From a virus (taxonomy: Duplodnaviria; Caudoviricetes), in the IMG/VR virus record IMGVR_UViG_3300042013_000103: a stretch of 64,000 nt of DNA, one strand, 5' to 3'. This document shows positions 48,166 to 57,556 of the stretch, piece after piece (the stretch's first letter is position 1; each line of letters opens with the position of its first letter). The notes below the pieces were generated by a model. That model ran no database searches and was not told where the DNA came from. It saw nothing but the letters and a program-made list of their open reading frames with translations. Made by a program: the position numbers and the translations under genes.

Positions 48166-48191
48166 AGGCCTCTCCTTGACGGGAGAGGCCT
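48166..48191. terminator. bidirectional terminator between convergent genes
   Basis: aggcctctcc-ttgacg-ggagaggcct. Confidence 0.75.
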
Positions 48192-48201
48192 TTATGTCGT
48201 C

Positions 48202-48885
48202 TCAAATGGCACTGCCCCACATCCGACGTTGCTGATCTAGAAGCAAAATCGTGTTCTGGGTCAAGAGCATTCGGAAAGAAGCTTTGGACAAACTGTGGGC
48301 AACGTACTCCACTGCGTTCTGAAAGTCCATCAGGGAGTCCTCTGCGGGGGCTAGGCGATTCGACAGCTTCGCAGTCTTACCCATGGGCCCCTTTCGCTCA
48401 CGCACCGTCCAGGTCGTCTTACGGATGTCTCGCTTGGTCTCGGTCGGTTTGATCTGGCAGTAGTAATACACTCCCAGCACGTACTCGCTCAATACCCGCA
48501 CGTCTTTCAGGGACTTGTCGGTGGGGTCCAGGTGGATCGTAATGGACGCCATGAATTCTTGTTTATCGGGTCGATCGTTTATATCCCGTGCATCCGGTTC
48601 GAAGTCCAACCGCTTTATCGTGATCGTGATGCTGCCGTCTTTACGTTTGATGTCAATGCAACGCACGAAGTCAAACATATCGAAGTGGCGCTCGGTCCCG
48701 ATAATGGCGGCCTCTAATGCAGCGCGTTGTTCTGCATTGTACGTTCCCGAATGAATACTAAAAGCGGTGGCCAAATCCCCGAGGGCGGTCTGGGGATAAC
48801 TACTGGATATGAGAAGGCGTAATAGGATCTCCGGGCGGGACTTGCGACTCGGTCGGCCCGCCGTAGGACAGTAGGCTTGGGTCAT
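48202..48885 (-). CDS. hypothetical protein
   Basis: long ORF; start uncertain. Confidence 0.65.
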   Translation of the reverse strand: MTQAYCPTAGRPSRKSRPEILLRLLISSSYPQTALGDLATAFSIHSGTYNAEQRAALEAAIIGTERHFDMFDFVRCIDIKRKDGSITITIKRLDFEPDARDINDRPDKQEFMASITIHLDPTDKSLKDVRVLSEYVLGVYYYCQIKPTETKRDIRKTTWTVRERKGPMGKTAKLSNRLAPAEDSLMDFQNAVEYVAHSLSKASFRMLLTQNTILLLDQQRRMWGSAI

Positions 48886-48905
48886 GGTAAACCACCATGG
48901 TGAGG

Positions 48906-49337
48906 TTAAACGAGTCCGTGCTTCTTCAGCCAAGACTCACGTGTAGCCCGCGTGTCCGCTAGCGCATTATGGAGTAACTCAGATCCCTTACCCGAGAGGT
49001 CGTCATCGATTTCAAACGTCAGCGGTTGCACCATGATCCACTTGCCCATCACTTGACGCAAGGCCAAGCAATAAAAGAACACGTCGTTCGGGTGGTTGCA
49101 AATCACGTGCATGCCAGCAAACTGCTGCGTGAACTTAGCCAACCGCTCTTGAAACTCTTCGTGGGAGATTGGCTTCTTTTGCAGAATGGGGATGACGTTG
49201 GCCAAGACCCATTCGTCGGTGACTTGAGAATAGTCCAACACCTCGTAAAATTCCTTCTCGCCATCTTCCGTCACAATGGCCAGCGAAATCAAGGTGTTGC
49301 TTTTCTCCTCGAACTCAGCATCAATAAACACGTTCAT
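48906..49337 (-). CDS. DEDD 3'-5' exo(ribo)nuclease (Rv2179c-like)
   Basis: FIDAEF...LISLAIV...EFY, HNALAD. Confidence 0.8.
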   Translation of the reverse strand: MNVFIDAEFEEKSNTLISLAIVTEDGEKEFYEVLDYSQVTDEWVLANVIPILQKKPISHEEFQERLAKFTQQFAGMHVICNHPNDVFFYCLALRQVMGKWIMVQPLTFEIDDDLSGKGSELLHNALADTRATRESWLKKHGLV

Positions 49338-49446
49338 AAGGGGAGGAATCCTTCGTTAAAAGTTAATCATAAAGATAAAGGGCTGTGACGATATAAAAAA
49401 TAAAAGAGTACAGGCGAAGGCGTCCCTTCACCCATACCGAATCCTT

Positions 49447-49950
49447 CTAATCCATCGCTTTACGTTTCGCGAGGTCTAGGAGGTTGCGAACGATCTGGCA
49501 TCCCGCCACGAGGTTTGCTCGGGTGGTATGTAAACTGACGCCATAGTCATCTGCGGTGCGACGTGGTTGCTTACTGGACAGAATGCGATTCAGCACATAT
49601 TCGTCAATCTGTCGGTTGTCAAACACAAAGCTGGCCACGCTGTGATCCCAGCGCTGTTTTACGGTATTACTTGCGCGGATATAAAGATCAGCCAACTCAT
49701 ACGAATACCCAATACCAGCCAACCAAGACCGACGGCCTCGGGTGTAGATGATCCGCGTACGCGTATTTGATGGCACGGCAATGATGTAACCGGTGCCTGG
49801 GCACTTCCGTTCTTCAATAGGACGAATGTTCCAGTCGGCGATGTTCCGTGGGATTTCTCTCACGTCAGTTTCCTTGCCGTAGCTGCCAATGGGCAACCCT
49901 TTGGTTACTTGTTCATCTATCTCACGTGCAGTGCTAAACGTAATAACCAT
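49447..49950 (-). CDS. hypothetical protein
   Basis: ATG 49950 after GGAGAGG. Confidence 0.7.
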   Translation of the reverse strand: MVITFSTAREIDEQVTKGLPIGSYGKETDVREIPRNIADWNIRPIEERKCPGTGYIIAVPSNTRTRIIYTRGRRSWLAGIGYSYELADLYIRASNTVKQRWDHSVASFVFDNRQIDEYVLNRILSSKQPRRTADDYGVSLHTTRANLVAGCQIVRNLLDLAKRKAMD

Positions 49951-50046
49951 TATGTTTTCCCTCTCCATGAGGTTTTATTCTACTGACGGCCAAGCACCCC
50001 GACCTTCACAACATAAGGCAACATGGTCAAAAAAAGAAGGCAGAAA

Positions 50047-50066
50047 GCCTCTCCCGAAGGAGAGGC
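50047..50066 (-). terminator. intrinsic terminator, UUCG loop
   Basis: gcctctcc-cgaa-ggagaggc followed by a T-tract. Confidence 0.75.
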
Positions 50067-50072
50067 GATCGC

Positions 50073-50414
50073 TTAGACTTCGTTCAGGTACCCGGCCAGT
50101 GCATCGAACCAAAGTTGCAACAGCAGACCCCAGTCGATCACTTCGTCAGCGTCAGGTCGCGTTTGGATCTGGAAGTTATTTTCCACAGTGCCAAACTCCA
50201 GGATGAAGTCGCCCTGTTCCAAGTTAAACACAAGGGTGGTGGTGTATTCCCCAACGGACAACCGGAGGGTGTTTGCACCATGTTGATAACACAGCGGAGC
50301 ACCAGCGCTGATGACGGTGGTTAACCCATCGAGCCGTTGGAGCGACGTTTCAAACATCGAAATAGCCAACATCGCCCGGATTTTGTCGACCGAAGATTTG
50401 TATTCCTGAAGCAT
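50073..50414 (-). CDS. hypothetical protein
   Basis: ATG 50414 (MLQEY) after AGGA. Confidence 0.6.
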   Translation of the reverse strand: MLQEYKSSVDKIRAMLAISMFETSLQRLDGLTTVISAGAPLCYQHGANTLRLSVGEYTTTLVFNLEQGDFILEFGTVENNFQIQTRPDADEVIDWGLLLQLWFDALAGYLNEV

Positions 50415-50627
50415 TGGTAGCGTCCTATTAGGATTAATCGTTGAATTCCGTGATCGCCAATTCGTAGTCGCCGAGGATGACGTAACGAAAACCAAACCGA
50501 GCGGGATTGCCTCGGATGTAATCGCGGCATTGCGCGGCTTTGGCAGCACTGATACGGAAGTTGTCGGTGTGTACTTTTCCGTTGTACTCGGCGTAATGCC
50601 CGAAGGCGGAGGCGATGGGTAAGTGGC

Positions 50628-51134
50628 CTATTGGACGATGTTGCTGTCCACCAACCCGAGGGTACGGTGGTCCAAAATGACGTACGATGCGGGACGGCGA
50701 TCAGGGTGTTTAAGGCTTTCCATCAACAACGTCAACAACTTCATGGGGTCCACGATGAATTGCTCAGTGGCCTGGGTCTGGGTGTACAGTTCAAACTCCG
50801 CGGTGAGGCGGTTGTACACGTAGTAGTCGCCGTTCTCCAAGTACCCCACGGCACGTTTCAGGACGTTAGGTGTAACGGGCAATGTTGCCAGTTGATCAGG
50901 CTTGGCCAACCGGTAATGCCTTACCCCGGCTTCGTCCATCGTGATCACGTAGTACTTGACCACCACCCCGGGTAAGGCCGCCAACAACTCACGCGCCGTC
51001 TGTAGGTCCAGTTTGGTCAAAACGAAGTCGTAGAAACTACCTTCGGCAAACGGAATGAAGGCATTGACCTTACCCGAATAACGCCGGGAAGTGCCAAGGT
51101 CATCGGTGTAACCAATCGAAACAATACGAGTCAT
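50628..51134 (-). CDS. hypothetical protein
   Basis: 168 aa ORF with SD. Confidence 0.65.
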   Translation of the reverse strand: MTRIVSIGYTDDLGTSRRYSGKVNAFIPFAEGSFYDFVLTKLDLQTARELLAALPGVVVKYYVITMDEAGVRHYRLAKPDQLATLPVTPNVLKRAVGYLENGDYYVYNRLTAEFELYTQTQATEQFIVDPMKLLTLLMESLKHPDRRPASYVILDHRTLGLVDSNIVQ

Positions 51135-51159
51135 TAGATATTCCTTTTATGTCATAAAC

Positions 51160-51186
51160 CCTCCCCTGGCGTGAACCAAGAGAGGG
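51160..51186 (-). terminator. intrinsic terminator; 21 bp core identical to 15603..15623
   Basis: cctcccctggcgtgaaccaag. Confidence 0.65.
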
Positions 51187-51199
51187 GGTGTTTATGGGG

Positions 51200-52255
51200 T
51201 TAACCGCGAAAACGCATGTTCAGGTCATACCCCACGGCAGTTACTTCATCTGTGAATCGGTCGTATAACCAAAGGCCAGTGCCCACGTCCATCTTCACCT
51301 GGTCACCCAATTGATTCTGGATGGACACCAGCTTCAGTGGGGTCGTGGTCAGCTTCCCCGAATAATGCTCTAGGTAAATCAAACCACTGGTGGTGTATTC
51401 GAACGTCAAAGCCAGGTCACTACAGTCCATGTCCCCCAGATCAGCCAACAGGTCCAATGGGCTCCCGTCAACAGTCCGGGTCAAGTGATTGATGGTGAAT
51501 GTATGCTTCAACTGCAACGTGGAATTACAGCGGTTCTCCGGGGAACATGACCCCCTCGAATAAGGACGGTGCCCGACTGCAAGTTTCACCACCTGCGTCC
51601 CCACTTGGAAGTAGAGGTTTTCCACCCACCATGACGGGTCTATTGTGGCGCGCGGGTCCAGCATCTTATTGGCCACCAGTTTAGGGAACAAACTAATGCC
51701 CGCTAAGTCAATCGCAACACCCATGCGCAACGGCGCAGTGTAGTGACGGTTCCAAAAGAAATCAAAAAACTCCTTTGCAGGAATGTCCGTTACGAAACAG
51801 TCCTTATTTTCAGGCGATAGGATCGGCATGAACTTGGTGCGGGCGTCTTCTTCTGTAAAGGTGTCCCTCGGTGGAACACCCTCCGGTGCGGCAGGACGCT
51901 GTTCCAAGGCTTTCCGTTCGTTGTAGATCCGGCGTTGGTTTGCTTGATGCGTTCCGATGTGGCAAGGGTGAGTCTCCGCATCGATTTTATCACCCCCAAA
52001 CCAATCCATGATCTCGATGTGACCCAGGGGTTCTTCCAGCAACAGCCCCTCAGCTAACAACACCGCCAAAGCGTGGCTACAGTCGCTTCCGCTTTGCAGT
52101 TGATGCTCCGCCACCGGAAAGTCCTGCAGCACCCGGTAAGTGCCTTTCAGCGTGCGCCCTTCTTCCGTGTGATGGTTTTGTCCCCAGACCAGGATGATCG
52201 ACCCGGCCTTATGGACATGTTCCGACGTGATGATGCGTTGGTGGTCTGGTGTCAT
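51200..52255 (-). CDS. protein whose C-terminal ~190 aa resemble an internal region of phiKZ-like major capsid proteins
   Basis: PLRMGVAIDLAGIS...LD....IDP....ENLYFQV...DGS...AVGYDL recalled from phiKZ-type MCP; not searched. Confidence 0.45.
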   Translation of the reverse strand: MTPDHQRIITSEHVHKAGSIILVWGQNHHTEEGRTLKGTYRVLQDFPVAEHQLQSGSDCSHALAVLLAEGLLLEEPLGHIEIMDWFGGDKIDAETHPCHIGTHQANQRRIYNERKALEQRPAAPEGVPPRDTFTEEDARTKFMPILSPENKDCFVTDIPAKEFFDFFWNRHYTAPLRMGVAIDLAGISLFPKLVANKMLDPRATIDPSWWVENLYFQVGTQVVKLAVGHRPYSRGSCSPENRCNSTLQLKHTFTINHLTRTVDGSPLDLLADLGDMDCSDLALTFEYTTSGLIYLEHYSGKLTTTPLKLVSIQNQLGDQVKMDVGTGLWLYDRFTDEVTAVGYDLNMRFRG

Positions 52256-53130
52256 ACCGGCGACCCCAGTTCTTCGATGTGCTCCTCACGCGACAGTTCC
52301 ATGACTTCATGAACGCCACCTGCGGTCGGAGTGACCAAATCACCGAAAGGGTGATCCGGCGTTTCATCACCTTTGTCGAACAACGGATCAACGTTGTCTT
52401 CGGTCGGGGTGAGTTTGTACGCCCCATCAGTGCCTGCTAGAAACTCGTCTTTGGAAACAGCCCGTAGTTCCGAGTTATGTTTGGTGGGGTGGTACGCCAA
52501 ACACGTTTGTTCCGCCGCCACTGGTTGCAACTCGCGTTGGCGCTCGGTGTGTTTGTCCGACAACGCGGACGAAGTGATTTCATCCATCTGCAGCTCGGCT
52601 TCTTGCAGGGGTGTGTGTTCTTCCACGAACAGTTTTTCGCCGGCTTTGGCGGCAGCCATGGTTTGTTGGTAAGCGGAAGCCGCCTTGGTGGCTTTTGGCA
52701 GGTCCAGGAACAGGGTCTGGAAGACGCCGTCTTTGGTGGTCAGTTTGTACGGAGTGAGGTAAAAGCCGATAGACAGGAACGCTTGCATTGCACGCTCGTC
52801 ACCTTCTTTCACCAACGCACGGCCTTTCTTGCCTGCGAAGAAATTGCGGAAGAACTCACCGGCCAAATCCGTATCCCGGAAGGATTCCTTCAGGTACACG
52901 TTGCTGCAGTGCCAGCGGCCATCGGCATCTTTACGCGGGCAAGCATAACCGGCCATCTCGCCGTCCCAGTGAAGACCGTAGAAGAACTTCAGGTCACGTT
53001 TCGGGTTGACCCCCGCCAAGGCGCCTTCGTCCATCGACTGTTTGATGAGCGCCGCGGTTTCCGGGTCACGGAAGTTAACCGGTTGAATCGAGAAACCAGC
53101 GTCCAGTTGTGCAGGGCGAGTTACCATCAT
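52252..53130 (-). CDS. GNAT-fold protein with an acidic C-terminal tail
   Basis: MAGYAC...CSNVYLKESFRDTDLA...RAMQAFLSIGF. Confidence 0.65.
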   Translation of the reverse strand: MMVTRPAQLDAGFSIQPVNFRDPETAALIKQSMDEGALAGVNPKRDLKFFYGLHWDGEMAGYACPRKDADGRWHCSNVYLKESFRDTDLAGEFFRNFFAGKKGRALVKEGDERAMQAFLSIGFYLTPYKLTTKDGVFQTLFLDLPKATKAASAYQQTMAAAKAGEKLFVEEHTPLQEAELQMDEITSSALSDKHTERQRELQPVAAEQTCLAYHPTKHNSELRAVSKDEFLAGTDGAYKLTPTEDNVDPLFDKGDETPDHPFGDLVTPTAGGVHEVMELSREEHIEELGSPV

Positions 53131-53174
53131 GATGCGTTTTCCTTTTGATTAAAGTAAAGTATAAACTGAGAAGA

Positions 53175-53795
53175 TTAGTCTTCGTTGATTCTGTCGATCG
53201 CGGCTTGGGTTATTGTCCGCAGCGCGTAGCCTTTGTGGGTTAATTCAAGGTCAGTGCCGTATCCCCGGAGGTATTCGTCTTTAATTAACATGGATAGAAC
53301 CAACGATTCCACCGCAGGGTCTAGGCTTAATGCCACCAAGCACGTCCCCAACATCGTCGACAGGGTTCCCCCAACCAGCTTGATCATGGAGTTTGGTGCG
53401 GGACCGTGTTTCAGTCCGGTATAACCCATCCAGGCTTTAACCCAGAAACGTTTAACGGCACAGAACAGCGGGTCGGCCTCGGGAGACGGATGAATGAAGT
53501 TGTCAATCTGGCCGCCGCCTAACAAGGCCAAGCATCCCAACGCAGCACTTTGGTAAGTGACGGCTTCTTCCATCAAGCGCCGACGGGCAACTGCGCCCAC
53601 GGCATTTCGCGTGGTGCCGTCCATGAACGAGTTGAAATTGTCTTGGTCATCATCGGTGGGAGTATCGTTGCCGGTTACCTGCACCCATACCTCCATGGGT
53701 GCACCGGTGGGTGTGCAGAACGAGTACAGTTTGAGTTCGTTTTCAGTGTCGCCTAACCAACCGGGTGGGCGAACCAACACATCGTAACGGTTCAT
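53175..53795 (-). CDS. hypothetical protein, paralog A
   Basis: clear similarity to 53813..54454. Confidence 0.75.
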   Translation of the reverse strand: MNRYDVLVRPPGWLGDTENELKLYSFCTPTGAPMEVWVQVTGNDTPTDDDQDNFNSFMDGTTRNAVGAVARRRLMEEAVTYQSAALGCLALLGGGQIDNFIHPSPEADPLFCAVKRFWVKAWMGYTGLKHGPAPNSMIKLVGGTLSTMLGTCLVALSLDPAVESLVLSMLIKDEYLRGYGTDLELTHKGYALRTITQAAIDRINED

Positions 53796-53812
53796 TGCAT
53801 TGTTCCTATTGG

Positions 53813-54454
53813 TTATTCGGCCACGGCGGCCCGTGTCAATTCACGGAACGCAAAACCTTTTTGGGTTAAGTTACCCGGGGGAGCAGAACCGTAATCGGCA
53901 TACTCCTTTTGAATCAACCACAGGTAGATGAAGTACGCCGCCGCGTCGGTGATCTTTGCTTCTAACGCGGTGAACTTCTCACGGCCTGGGCCAGGTTGGA
54001 ATGCCTCTAACACTTCCCCCACCAGTTCCAGCGTTTCACCCGGCAGGCCGCAGGAAGTAAATTCCAGCAGGCTGTACCAAAGGTCCAGATAAAAGTCGGC
54101 GGCACCTTCCCTCTGTTCCCCACCGCGGGAACTGGAAAAGATGTAGTCACCCGCCATGCCGCCACCGAGCAACGCTAAACACCCCAGCGCACCGTTCTGT
54201 TCAGCAATGGCGTGGGCCATCAACGTGTGACGTTCATCTTCCGTGGTGTAGAACCGATGGTCGGGGATGTCACCCTTGCGAAACAAATAGTGATCGAAGT
54301 TATCGGTGGTAAGTCCTTGGACGGGTGCGGTCATTCTGCACCAGACGGTTTTGGAAATTCCGTAACCGTCCACGTAGGACCACAGCTTGACTTCGGTATC
54401 GGTGTCCCCGAAGTAACCGTGGGTATGTTCTGCCACTTCGTAACGGAATGTCAT
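53813..54454 (-). CDS. hypothetical protein, paralog B
   Basis: GDT..E.KL.S, ALGCLALLGGG and LT.KG shared with paralog A. Confidence 0.75.
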   Translation of the reverse strand: MTFRYEVAEHTHGYFGDTDTEVKLWSYVDGYGISKTVWCRMTAPVQGLTTDNFDHYLFRKGDIPDHRFYTTEDERHTLMAHAIAEQNGALGCLALLGGGMAGDYIFSSSRGGEQREGAADFYLDLWYSLLEFTSCGLPGETLELVGEVLEAFQPGPGREKFTALEAKITDAAAYFIYLWLIQKEYADYGSAPPGNLTQKGFAFRELTRAAVAE

Positions 54455-54810
54455 GCCTGTGCCTTTTCGTAGTGTTGGTCAATGAAGAATTCAGTGGCGT
54501 CATACCAGAACGACAGCAAACGACCGACATCACGCCATTGTTCGCCGGTGTACGTCAGGTTCAGGGAATCGATATAAATCTTGCCGTGAACATCCGGCCT
54601 GAAGTGCAACGTGGTTTTCACCTCATCGATCAAAAACGACAGGCGAATACCATCGACTTCCCAATCGACCAGTACAACGTCTTGGCCTTCTTGGTACTTT
54701 CCATGGCTGTACGGATGCATTACTTGAAGACCGATCAGTTCCGTTATGGAGGCGTTGATCATCCGAAGACCGACTTCCAGTTTTCGCTCTTGCAGTAGTT
54801 GAGCGGACAT
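54451..54810 (-). CDS. hypothetical protein
   Basis: 119 aa ORF. Confidence 0.65.
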   Translation of the reverse strand: MSAQLLQERKLEVGLRMINASITELIGLQVMHPYSHGKYQEGQDVVLVDWEVDGIRLSFLIDEVKTTLHFRPDVHGKIYIDSLNLTYTGEQWRDVGRLLSFWYDATEFFIDQHYEKAQA

Positions 54811-54819
54811 TGTAGGTTC

Positions 54820-55566
54820 CTATTCTTCTTCGTCAACCATTTCAGTGATCAACGATTGGATGTTGTCGGGATGATTGAGGTTGGCAATCACATCGTGGTG
54901 CATCAACATGCGCATGTGAGGGTATTCCGGATAGCCCAAGGTGTTGGCGATCTGTCGGTAGCACTCATGTACTTTTAACTGCTTGCCTTCCACCACCCGC
55001 ATTTGGTGGACCACCCGTTTTAAGGTGTCTTGGTGCAAATAGCGTTCGGCGTGCACACACAACAACAATTCATCGATGCTGGTGGAGTCAGGAAACGCCA
55101 CCAACTTGATCGCTTGTTTCTCGGCCAAGGATAGTTTGCGCAGCAAGCACAAGCCCACTGCCGCCGCTCGGGTTTGGGAACGAATGCCTTCCCCGTCGTG
55201 CTTGGCCCGATAGACTTGGGTATTCTTGAGCCCCCGTTCCCAGTCGGTAACAAACACCTCGGTATTAGGGAACCGGTTACGGCACCGAGAGAACCTTACC
55301 CCGATGGCCATTTGTACCAGTACCCGAGCCCGTGTTTGGGTGATCACCCCTTGCGACAAGGCCATCAGGTGCGCCGCCCGTTCTTTCAGTTGGGCACCCG
55401 TGTGTTGCGGTTCCATGGCAATCAACAGTAAGGTACCCCCCACCGTAGTGTCATCAATGACGGCGTCTTCGTTGTGCAGAAAACCCGACAGGTTGTTGAC
55501 CGCCATGAACGCCAGGAAATGTTCCCCTAGGTTTTGGATAGCGGCCCGTGCTGTGATCTTAGTCAT
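54820..55566 (-). CDS. hypothetical protein with two similar helical modules
   Basis: ATG 55566 after AGGAA; directly downstream of an early promoter. Confidence 0.65.
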   Translation of the reverse strand: MTKITARAAIQNLGEHFLAFMAVNNLSGFLHNEDAVIDDTTVGGTLLLIAMEPQHTGAQLKERAAHLMALSQGVITQTRARVLVQMAIGVRFSRCRNRFPNTEVFVTDWERGLKNTQVYRAKHDGEGIRSQTRAAAVGLCLLRKLSLAEKQAIKLVAFPDSTSIDELLLCVHAERYLHQDTLKRVVHQMRVVEGKQLKVHECYRQIANTLGYPEYPHMRMLMHHDVIANLNHPDNIQSLITEMVDEEE

Positions 55567-55603
55567 TGCATCGTTCCTATTGACTGCGTTAATTACCAAC
55601 ACC

Positions 55604-55634
55604 GTGATATAGTTTCATACCCCGTTTAAATGCA
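55604..55634 (-). promoter_or_regulatory. early promoter (TATATCAC variant)
   Basis: TGCATTTAA-N12-ACTATATCAC. Confidence 0.75.
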
Positions 55635-55653
55635 AAATAAAAAGGCATACCGA

Positions 55654-55669
55654 GGAGCCCGAAGGCTCC
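55654..55669 (-). terminator. intrinsic terminator, UUCG loop
   Basis: ggagcc-cgaa-ggctcc. Confidence 0.65.
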
Positions 55670-55686
55670 CCGATATTTGGTCTTGC

Positions 55687-55938
55687 TTAATCCACCAAAC
55701 GGTAGAGCTCACCGAACTTAGCCCGACTCAACGAGAATTTGTCAACCCGGTCGCCAGTGTAGCTCAACTGGACATCGCGACGAGTCAACGAGTCTAGCTT
55801 CACATACGTGGTCTTGTGGTTCTTTTGCGACATGAAGGCACGGCCCTCATAGTCTGCCAGGTTTAACGTACTGGCTTTTACCAGATCTTCAAACGATTTC
55901 TTTTTGGTCTTTTGAGTCACTTCAGCTACGGCGGTCAT
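55687..55938 (-). CDS. small basic hypothetical protein
   Basis: 83 aa ORF. Confidence 0.65.
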   Translation of the reverse strand: MTAVAEVTQKTKKKSFEDLVKASTLNLADYEGRAFMSQKNHKTTYVKLDSLTRRDVQLSYTGDRVDKFSLSRAKFGELYRLVD

Positions 55939-55949
55939 TCACGAATACC

Positions 55950-57152
55950 TTATTCGGCTGTTTGGGTGGTTTGAGTTTCAGCAAGTTCTGGCAGGAGTTC
56001 GCCTTCTGGCGCGGACAGTTCTTCACCGTCCAAGTTAGGGAATGGACGACCGGCTTCTTCCGCTTCACGACGCACCTGATCGATCGGCTTGGCCAGGTTC
56101 AGCTCGGCTTGGTCCAACAGGTTCTTGTAGTAAAACATCGATTGGATCTTGCCCACGAAATCTTGCTGCGCTGGCGGGAAGAAGAATGCATGTTCACCGA
56201 TCAGTTCCATCGTGCGCTGGGCCATGCGCAGGGCAAACTCACGGATGGTCGGGATGTCTGCTTCGTTGCCGGTGATTTCTTTGACCGCGATGGTGTCCAG
56301 CAGTGCGTCGAGTTTTTGCTCGGTGGTCAGTTCCACGATCGGTTCTGGCGCGGCTGTTACCGGATCGGCGTCGGTCGGTGGGTTATCGGACGTAGCATTG
56401 CCTTCGGCTTGGGCCAACTCAGCTTCCGCTTCGGCCTTCTGCTCGTTCATTTGGCGGGCTTGTTCGATCTGCTTAACGCGCTGCGCGTCGATCGATTCAA
56501 CCACGATGGCCACCAGCTCTTCCACCGGACGGAGAGCGTCCAGCACGATGGTGTTGGGCGCGTTGGTGTACTGCTCGTAGGTCTTGCGGACCGACTCCAG
56601 GTACTCCGGGGACTGGTCTTCGTAACGGTCCAGCACACGGCCTTCCAGACGCTGTTTGCGCACGTCTTCCGGCAGGTGCAGCATGAACACCACCGGTTCG
56701 AACACGACACCTTCCAGCACCGGAGGGATCAGACCCATGAACAGGTTGGCCAGTGGGTCGGACGCCATGCCGTTGCCGTGGGGGACCACGTTCAGGGCGT
56801 AGGTGGACAGCATGAAACGTTCCGACAGCACCACTTCACCGCGCAGCAGCGCCGGGGTGATGGTGTTCATGACGTTCTGGCGACGGTACGCCATGTGGAT
56901 CAAAATGTCGGTGACCGGGGAGACGGCTTCCGGACGGTCTTTCTTCAACAGCACCGCGCGCAGTTCTTCGGCCATCGAACCACTATCCTTGATGCCACCG
57001 GGTTCACGTTGGTGCACGTGGGCCACGCCTTGGGCCGCGTAGTGCGCTGCCACGGCCTTTGCCACGGTGGATTTACCAGTACCTTCATTGCCTTCGAAGA
57101 CGGCCATCACACCTTGTGGGTTGGCTGGGATATTATCTGGCAGTGCGAACAT
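55950..57152 (-). CDS. tmk: thymidylate kinase with a long acidic C-terminal extension
   Basis: FEGNEGTGKST, REPGG, ERFMLSTYA, LDRYE. Confidence 0.9.
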   Translation of the reverse strand: MFALPDNIPANPQGVMAVFEGNEGTGKSTVAKAVAAHYAAQGVAHVHQREPGGIKDSGSMAEELRAVLLKKDRPEAVSPVTDILIHMAYRRQNVMNTITPALLRGEVVLSERFMLSTYALNVVPHGNGMASDPLANLFMGLIPPVLEGVVFEPVVFMLHLPEDVRKQRLEGRVLDRYEDQSPEYLESVRKTYEQYTNAPNTIVLDALRPVEELVAIVVESIDAQRVKQIEQARQMNEQKAEAEAELAQAEGNATSDNPPTDADPVTAAPEPIVELTTEQKLDALLDTIAVKEITGNEADIPTIREFALRMAQRTMELIGEHAFFFPPAQQDFVGKIQSMFYYKNLLDQAELNLAKPIDQVRREAEEAGRPFPNLDGEELSAPEGELLPELAETQTTQTAE

Positions 57153-57224
57153 GTAGGTTACCTTAATAACGAATAAAGAAAAGTGGTGCTGGAGCAGCCT
57201 GTGGCCACCCCAGTTACAGCAGAA

Positions 57225-57476
57225 TCAGTTGTTCACTTCAGCCCAGAGCTGAGTAGACACCAGTGGACTTTCGGCGGCGCCGATCACCACGACCACGGTG
57301 CCTTCTTCGGCAGCCGGTTCATGCACGATGTAGCCATTGCTTTCCAGGGTCTCGACGGCGACTTTGGCGCCAGCCTTGAGGTAAGCCAGGTTGGCTTCGT
57401 AGCCTTCGGCATCCAGAGCACCAGCTTTCTCAACAACAGCGGTTTCCAGCAGCGACACGAGTTTGGCTTGAGACAT
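57225..57476 (-). CDS. small acidic protein, paralog A
   Basis: closely resembles 57557..57805. Confidence 0.75.
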   Translation of the reverse strand: MSQAKLVSLLETAVVEKAGALDAEGYEANLAYLKAGAKVAVETLESNGYIVHEPAAEEGTVVVVIGAAESPLVSTQLWAEVNN

Positions 57477-57556
57477 GTGTAGAGCACCTTAAACAGAAAA
57501 GAAGACGGGACAAAATAAGTAGGGGGCAGTTGGCCTACCCCCGAGGTGTTACTGGA

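Noticed and set aside
50073-51134. TAG read-through joining 50628..51134 to 50073..50549
   Set aside because: The frames match, but the intervening translation is low-complexity S/T/P sequence and the downstream gene has its own SD and ATG at 50414.
55962-57176. 404 aa plus-strand ORF
   Set aside because: Antisense shadow of tmk caused by codon bias.
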